This document shows positions 33,712 through 42,700 of a stretch of 47,547 bases of DNA, piece after piece. The notes below the pieces were generated by a model. That model had not been told where the DNA came from and ran no database searches. It saw only the letters and a list, made by a program, of their open reading frames with translations. Both the position numbers and the translations under genes were made by a program. The stretch comes from Candidatus Micrarchaeaceae archaeon. GTDB lineage: Archaea > Micrarchaeota > Micrarchaeia > Micrarchaeales > Micrarchaeaceae. The DNA is taken from positions 1 through 47,547 of the forward strand of contig DAIDAQ010000007.1 in assembly GCA_027310535.1 (NCBI GenBank). Reading direction: 5' to 3'. The first letter of the stretch is position 1; the number at the start of each line of letters is the position of its first letter.

Positions 33712-36700
33712 ATGAAGCAGATTAACGCCGGTGCCTTGGTTGTTGCAACTTTGCTCCTGACAATAATGCTAGGTGCAACTGCTTCGCAATCGCCCCCAAT
33801 CTTGGACAAGAGCGGCAGCGGCCTGAACAGCAACGGCAATTCTGCGCGGGCTACAGCGTGCGTTTCTGTCAACCTGTCGTTCCTCAAAAATATCCCAGGC
33901 TGGGTGACAAGCCTCATCAAGGGCCTGTCGCTAGACCCAAGCGCGTTATTCAAAAAGCTTAGTGATGAGGTAAGCAAGCTGACATCTGATGTATGGGGCG
34001 ACATTACTAAGGTGGCAAATAAGATAGCCAGCGGCGCAGCTGATGTCATAAAAGTAATAAATGATCTGATAAGCGGCAACATCTCGGACGAAATGAGCAC
34101 GATCATCGATGACTTGGTGGGCTATCTCTCTGATGCAGTGCAAGCGGCATTCAGCAAGCTTATCTCGAGCCTCCCTGGCTTGCTCAACAAACTTGCAGAC
34201 AGCATTTTCTCTCTGATTGACAATGCCATCCAGAGCATGGCAAATCTCGTCAATGAATTGTCGGTGCCTTCTATCCCATCTTCGCTCTTTTCAAGCATAC
34301 AGAGCTCGTTCCTCAGCGCTCTGCAAGACCTTGGCAGTTTCTTCGATACAATAATCAGTGATATCTCAAGCTTCATATCCAACATCGACATCAGCATACC
34401 GGGCCTGTTCGGCTCGTCAAACACGGTCGCTGCCTCGTCCAACGGCATCGCAGTGGCTGCCAATTTGATCCTTGATGGGATAAAGAAATCATGCAAGACA
34501 ATCCCGCCTGCCATATTCAACCAGTTCATAAAGGACACAAATAACCTTGCAAATGATGGCAGCGCAACTTACAGATACGCGAACGACATAGTCGTCAGAA
34601 TCTCTAATATAAGGAAAGACTCTGCCGCAATAGTAAATATGGTGGACAATGTCGGGAACGTGATAGGGCCTGGTAATGTCATAGGGGAAGAGACACTCGG
34701 CATAAGCAAGTCAGGCTTCAACGAGAATGCCTATGTGGGTTACGCCAACAAGGGCAGCGGAATACTCAATGGTATATATCTTTCAGCAAAGCAGTCGCAG
34801 ACCGGCAGTCTCTGCGTGGGGTTAGGCATAACCTCAAGCTACATTGATGCTATCGCGGCCAAAGTCAACGACATAAACGCGCAGGTAGGCGCGATAGATG
34901 CGGACGTGCAGGCGCTTATCGGCGCCAATGGCATGGGGTATAAGTTCGATGCAGACATTCAGGCATATTCAAAGGACCTCGCGCTAGCCCCGATAAAAAG
35001 CTGCGCTGTGATAAAAAACCCCACGGCGGACTTGGTGGCGGCCGTCGCCGCGGTAACATATCTAGGCACCAGGGAGCCGCAGGTAAAGGATGCGCTCAAT
35101 TCCATGGGTAAATTTAACGACAAGCTTAAAGCTGACTACAATAAAATGTCCAAGGACATCTCTAAGGTAACCAAGATAGCGGCAAACCCGCTCTCCCTCG
35201 TCAAACAGCTAAATAACCTCAACCCTCTCGGCGGTGTAACTGTCAACCCACAGGACATAAACGCGATAAAATCAGGATACGAGCTGGCAATGAGGCCCAC
35301 GAACGACCTGATTAACATAGCACTTGGCAATCTGACAAAGGTAGACAACATAATGGCAAACGTGGTCAAATTTAACGGCCGCGTGCAGGCCGCCTCCGCC
35401 AACGTGATCAAGGTGCTTGGCAAGATAGACAAGAATGTGATTTCGGAGATAGGTTCAACCGCGTCGCCGACCTTCTGCAGCGCCGTCTCCAATGCAGCGG
35501 ACAAGGGGGAGGCTTACTGCAATGCGATCCGCAGCGCCGCCTATATCACCGGAAACATAGATACTGAACTGGCTTTCATAACGCAGAATGTTGCCGATAT
35601 ACCAAATTCCGTAGCCATGTTGAGGTACAGCGTCTACGCCCTCCAGGGGAGCCTCTTGTCGACCCGCGCAAACATAATAAGGGTGGATTCAGACCTTAGT
35701 AATATAGCCTCTGTGCTGAGCCAGAACGGCGGGAAGCTAACGTGCAGTGTCCAGGCAAAGATAGGGGGTAACCTGGCTGACATTGGCACAGGCCTGCAGA
35801 GCGTGGTGCAGGATGCGGAGAATGTGTATACTGCGACAGAGGGCACGATTGCCCTGATAGAGCTGTCAGCTGAGAGCATAAAGACCGACATCGTCATGAT
35901 AATAGAGACGATCAAAATCATAATAGCCGACATTAAGGCAATAGCCCTTGTATTCTACTACGCCTCGCAGGGCGTCGGGTCTTCTGCAACCCCTCTGCCG
36001 AAGTTCGGCGCCTGCATTGGCGTGGGTGCAACCGTGGTCACTACGAACTATCCGAATGCGGGCAACGGGTGTGTAATAAGCCTATCGGCAGTTTACGATG
36101 CCCAGACAAACCAGGTTGCGATACAGGCCGACCTGATCGTGGTCCTCCAAAGACTCTTTGATCCAAGCCAGATATCCTCGCAGCTAAAGACAAACGTACA
36201 GGACGCAGTTGCAGCGGATCTTACAAGCGCGATAAAGGTGCAGGCAACAGTAGACATCGGCAAAAACGTGCAGGTGGGTGTTGGCGCAGCGCTGCAGGGC
36301 GCCTTCACCGAGAGCGCATGGAGCGGCATGTGGAGCAACATCTATTCTGCGTCGAAGGCCGGGGTAAACTCTGCCTTAAACGCAGGGATAAACCAGCAGA
36401 CGTGGACTGCCTATGCGAGCGGCACTGACACAGGGGCGGAAGCGATAGTACAGGGTGCAATACTCTCAGCTATCCAGGCTGGCGTGCAAGCAAGCATCGA
36501 CGCACAGGTAAGCGGCTCTTTAAGCGGCGGCATAGTAGCAGGGATCAAAAGCCAGATAGCCCCGGGAATACAGAACGCATACAGCACCGGAGAGTCAGCG
36601 AGCATAAAAGAGAGTGTCAAGGCAGGCATTTGGGGGGCAATACAAGAGGACGTGAAGGCCGCAGTAAAAAGCGCCCTGGACTCAGGGTTCGGCACGCAGG

Positions 36701-39700
36701 TCGTACAGACAGAGCTCGCGCAGAACGTATACAACAACATATACTCTTCGCTCCAGAACGATATCAGGAACGGCATACAAGACACGATACAGGTAAGGAT
36801 CCAGGCGCAGATACAGACTGACATAGTCGAAAGCACGTGGGAGAGCATAAGGACGCAGGTGATGACGGCCGTGCAGAGCGCGCTTTCGCAAGGCCTTCCT
36901 GCCACCCTCTGGAACAGCATCTGGACCAACATAGGGGCAAGCATACCGGGAGATGTCAACGCGATATACGCGAGCGTCTGGCAGAACGTGATCTACGGCA
37001 CCGGCGATGTGGAGGACCGGATAGGCTTCGGAGTCCTCTCCGCGCTTCAGACTACGGTCAGGCAGAACTTCTACAGCTCTATAGAGGCAGGGATAGTCGC
37101 GTCCTCCGAGTCCGCCCTCTCGCAGAGCATCGACTCTGCGATCTACGCTATCATAAAGAATGGCGTGCAGGGCGGCATACAGGCGCAGCTTACAGTGAGC
37201 TTTAGCAACAACCTGTGGGCAGGCCTCAAGGGCAGTGTGGCAGAAGCGGTGCGGACAACAATCGAGAAGGATTTTGCAACAAACTTTGCAACCGCAATAA
37301 AGAAGGTCGCAAAGAACTGCCTGCTCAGCACTGGTATCAGCGTGCTATCAGGCAAACTGGCCGGCGCTCCCTCAACAACTACCCGGCCCTATCCATTGCT
37401 GACTCTGCCACCAAAGCCAGCCCCAGACAACTATACGATAAGCTCTTCTCTCCCAAGGAAGATTAACGCAACCTCCCCCGCTTTCGCCCCGTTAAGGCTG
37501 GCGAGCATCGGAGGGCTCGTAGGGCAGTATGGCGGTGCGGCCCTCTCTGCCATAAAGAACATGGTCGCAACCGCGACGCCGCCCATCTCAGTCATACAGC
37601 AGTACAATCAGCAAAACTCAGGCACTTTGCTGACATGCCCGAATAAGCCCTCGGCCAATCCCTTTGACTATTTCCAGAGCTCGCCCAATTCAAAGATTGC
37701 AGGAGATGCCTGTCTGGCAACATCACAGCAGTTGAGGACCATTGTCGGGATAACCGTCACGTCAACGTTTGGCACCGGGCTCAGGATAGGCGGGCAGGAG
37801 ACCTTCCTCTCTGATTTGGCCCAGCTCGTCAAGGAGGGCCTTACGGCAGATGTCACGCTCGCGCGTACCACCCCGGCTACCATATCCAGCGTGCGTTTCA
37901 CAATAGGCCTTGACCTGTCATCGCTGGGTGTTTTAGTGGGCAAGCTGAAGATAAACATACCACAGGGCGCCATCCAGAATATAGAGAATACACTGATGGC
38001 AGGGCCCGCTGCCATTGTGTCAATACAAAACCTCGGCTACTCTGGGATGGTGCAGATAGGCAGCACTGGCGATTACGAGATCTCAAGTTCGTACAATACA
38101 AACACGCTCATCTTCCAGACACCTCCGCCGGCAGTGCAGCGCGGCCTGTGGACATGGACGGCACAATACGCTGATTTGAGCCAAGTGAAGCCGAACCAGA
38201 TCACAGCAGCGACTTCAGGCCCTCAGCGTGCAAGCCTGATAGAGCTAAAAGGGGCGACGAACCTGGTCAAAGACGCGCTATCGATAGTGACAGGCGGGGC
38301 TGTCCCGCCTAGCTATGGCCTTTACTTCTGCTCGTACGATTACGACTATTCATGGAAGGTTTCAGTCGACTCAATCGACGCTGGCAACATACCGATACCG
38401 ACCTCGATAAGCTGGCAGAACGGGGGCAACCTGGACATAGCAAGGGACTTTAACGATGCTTATGCCGTCCAGTACAGGCAGCCGCAGATAACCGGATGGG
38501 CGGCTGCGCCGGTCTTCCCGTATCTTTTGTACAATGTGACGCTTCCTGCCTCATACAGCAACCTCAACAGCCAGATAAACTACCTCAATGAGTCATATGA
38601 TATTTACAGCCCGCACAACTTTCTGGAGCCTAACGCGTTCCTTGAGCCAGTCCCGATAACAGCGGGCTCTGCATTCCTCGCCAATATAGGAGGGGTACTC
38701 GAGGAGTTCCCATACAACTCTGTCTCGCTCTCTGCGACCAGCACAAACACGTTCAATAGCGTGGTGCCGCTGCAGATGTTCATCGCCTCCGCGTACGGCA
38801 AGACAGCCGCAGAGGCCATGCAGAACTACCCTGCTATAACTGGTGGCAGCATTGCGCAGCCAAGCGGAGGTGCCGACTGCATCAACAACGGGGCTGCATT
38901 TGGGCCCTACTACTACAAAGACCTATTTAACCCACGTGTGGTGAACTGCCGCACGAAGGTTGACCCGGTCAGCTTAACCGCCCAAACCAGCGGCGGAAGC
39001 CCGGGAGCCGAGTGCTATTTTTATGAATATACGGGCGGCTTCTTTAAATTTAACTTTGGGCGCCCTTATGTGTATTACTGCAAGTTTCCGCTGCCATACT
39101 CAAATAATTTGGGCGGCGGGACAGGTTCCGGCCCTGGCGGGATCTGTACATATGCTGATGTAGTCACAGGTGCTTGCACCAGGGGTGCGGTACAGACAGG
39201 GAATCTTATAAGCGTGCCAATAACAAATCCGGTTTACGTTTACGCTGCGCCCAACGGCTATGTCTATGTATTGAATTACAGCTACAGCGGCGGCACCCTT
39301 GGCTTCAACCCAACGACGAAGGCAAACTTGTATGTTTTGAAGTTTGCCCCATTCGGGTCATTCAACATCCCCGGGCGCCTTCCCCAGGCCATAATTGCCG
39401 GTACGAAGCCTATAACCGACCTTACTATATCAGGCAGAAAACAGCTTGATTTCAACCAGATCGGTACAACGTTTAATGCACGGTGGAGCGGCGGGACAGC
39501 CCCGTTTGAGATAAAGTGGTATACTGGAACTAACCCGGATTGTACGAGCCCTACAGGCCAGAAGACGCTCGTCCAGGATGATACCGGCATCGGCATCAAC
39601 GAGGACTTATTAAAGGTCTTCGTGCCTAACACGCAATGGACCTCTGTGGGCACATATTATTACTGCGTAGCTGTGGCAGACTCTTTTGGCTCAACCCTCC

Positions 39701-42700
39701 AGGCGGTTGGGGTGGAAATAACAGTAAATCCGTCGCTTACCGCAGTTGCAGCCTATATGCCGAACCGGCAGCAGATCGACGCAAACACACAGCCAGATAT
39801 AACGAGCCAGATGGGGGCAGGTAATGCAGTGATAATAGGCAACGACCAGTCCCCGAGCGTCAGGGTTACATGGTCCGGCGGCACCCCCCCGTACACCGGA
39901 ACAGTGTATGTTCTACCGATGGGCCTGGAGGGGAACAGCGATCTGAGCGTCCTATTAACCCGCCGTGCATTGCGCACAGTTCCGTTCAACCTCCGTGGGA
40001 ATTGCAACAACTACCAGAGTCCAAATTACGGTTGGTATTCCACATCATCGACAGGCTTTGAGGGCGATCTGAATTCAGGTCGCATCCCAGCGGTGCAACG
40101 CATGTTTGGCGAGCCTTCAGGCGATATTGCTTTCCTGTGCTTTGTCGTATCAGACAGCGCAGGCTGGTCTAACGCCTCAGTGCTTAAGGACAGCTCTTCA
40201 GGTTTCTGGGAACCGTATCTTGTGCTTGACATTATAGGCAAGAAAAAACCCAATGAAGAAATTCCTGAAGCCCCGGTATTCGAGGCCATCTGCCCGAAGC
40301 AAAGCCCGGGAGCATGCACGGCATACCCCTCCACCACAATTACCTCCTATAACCTTCTGGCGTCTCTGCAAAGCGGAAACAGTGTTCTGTTGAGCGTAAA
40401 GAATGCCGCCGGTCCCTCTGTGAAATATGGATGGTACAAGACTGGCAGCCCAATAAACGACTGCAGCGGTTACAAGTCGTTTGCGCAGCTCGCTGTCAGC
40501 GACCCGGCAACCACACAATCGACCACGGATGCGCCTAGCGCTACTGCCTACTACTGTGCAGTTTCCACGAATTCGATTTCAGGAGCTATAGGGGTGTCGC
40601 TTCCGGGTGAGGTCTATGTTAATGGGGTGATAAGCGATGTAAGGCTCAGCAATGCACCTGCATGGGGAACGACCCAGACCTACGACCAGCTAATCAACAA
40701 CCCAGAAGCCTACTTTAAGGTTGATTGGCTCGGCGCGAGCGTCGCCGACGGTGCAGAGATAATCGCGTATAACAGCGTCTCGCAGGGGCAGACGTGCACC
40801 GGAACTGTCGTCCCAGTGGTCAATGAAAAGGAGAACCCAACGGAAGGCAGCCAATCCGCGCAATCCTTCGGCCTGCCTTCCGGACTGCCAAATCTGGGTG
40901 CGTCATCCGAACTTATAGAGCTGCCCGGCGCAGGCTTGCAGAACCTGTGCGTCACTGTAACAGATCCAAAAGGCAGCTCGGCCTCATCGCCTTATCTCAG
41001 CGTCGCATCCAGCCTTGGCGGCCTTCAAATCTCTGTGCCGCCAGGCCAATCGGTCTCGAGCGAAGGTAACATAGACGTGCAGCTGTCATGGACCGGCGGA
41101 ACGCAGCCATTTTCATACAAGGTATACTCAACTTACAATGGCATCTCCCCTGAAGTATGCGATACAAACTCCGACAACGCCGAGCAGATAACGATACAGT
41201 CGCAAGGGGCCCTGAGCTCCTCAGGCGGTGGCTACACCGAAACGCTTTCGATACCTTATGTTGACAGCCAGCCTGTTTGCGCAGAAGTCGATGGCACTGG
41301 TGCCGGTATAGTATCACAGTATACGGCTTTGCCGGCAGGGCTCTCTGTCTCTCAAACGACAACCTCCACCACTACCTCCTCTACAGTTACCACTGTTCCA
41401 ACAGTGAGGCCGAGGGGACTGCCGATACCCCCAGGCATCGCAGCCGGGCAGGCCCAGCAGGAGGCGTCTGCCTCCAGTGCAAGGAATGCAACTCTGGCGC
41501 CACTCCAGTTTGCTGCGAGCCAAGCGCAACAGCAGGTGATAGACCAGTGGAACAGCAACTGGAAGCAATACTGGAGCGACAAGCTTGCAGAGCAGTCTGG
41601 CGACCTCTATCTCGTTGGGGACATAACGCTCGCCCAGCAGTCAAGCAGCTTCTTTGGGCTTTTCTCGAACTTCAAGCAGGGAATGTTCAACTTCCTTCCA
41701 ACCTCCCTGACCACTGACCTGTCCGGGGACCTATTTATCCTGGGGAAGGCGCAGTCAGGTGCCATAGTCTCCGGCATACTGTACTCAAATGGAGTGGCAA
41801 CGACATTGCCAATCCAGGTGCCGAACACGCGGATCATAGCACCGAGCAGCGAGTTTGCCGTCTCGCCAGGCGGGCAGATCGGCTATATGGCAGACCCTGT
41901 CGTCCCGGGCAATGTGATGATGTTCAACATGCAGAATGGCAGGTTCACCGGCAATATTAGCCTCTCCTACTCCAACGAGAACTACAACCTGGATATTGCG
42001 CGGTACCTTTCAAATGGCGGTCCATACGGAATAAATGATGTTTCAGCCGCGTATTCAGGGGCGGCCACGGCAAACGATGTCAATGCGAACCACGAGCCGC
42101 TATATATAACCGAATACGGCGGCGTCCTGTATGTTGTAGACCGCTGGTCGTTCGATGCCGGCAAAGGCCCCTCGGCGATGTTGCTGCTGCGTGCATTCTA
42201 CGGGAACGGCACAGAGGTGCAGATAGACCCTGCCTCGTCCAATGACATAGCGTTTGCGCCCTCGGCTGGCCCCGCTGCCCCCCTAGCTGCGCCATCGGGC
42301 AGGCTTGCGTACCCGCCATACGGGTGGCCGCTGGCATTCAACATATCGTTGGGCAACGGTCAGTACAATACGGGCTGCATAGCTGGATGCGACGAGACCC
42401 CGGTGGTATTAAAAGGCGGCATATACACAAACACAAACTATAAGCCTCTGGGCCCATGGATACAGGCTAGCTATGCATGCAACCTCTTAGGGAGTATTGG
42501 CACTTTCCTGGAGTCCGCGTTGGACACCGTGCTCGGCATCTATGCGGGCAATGCATGTGGCTATAATAATGTGAATACCGCGATGAGTTTCTCGTCGGCA
42601 TTTGACGGGACGGGATACATAACGGCAAATGTCGTCTCGCACCAGCTCAGCGGGCAGGTTGACGGCTCGTACAACGAGCTGCTGTCGTTCAAGCTCAGTG

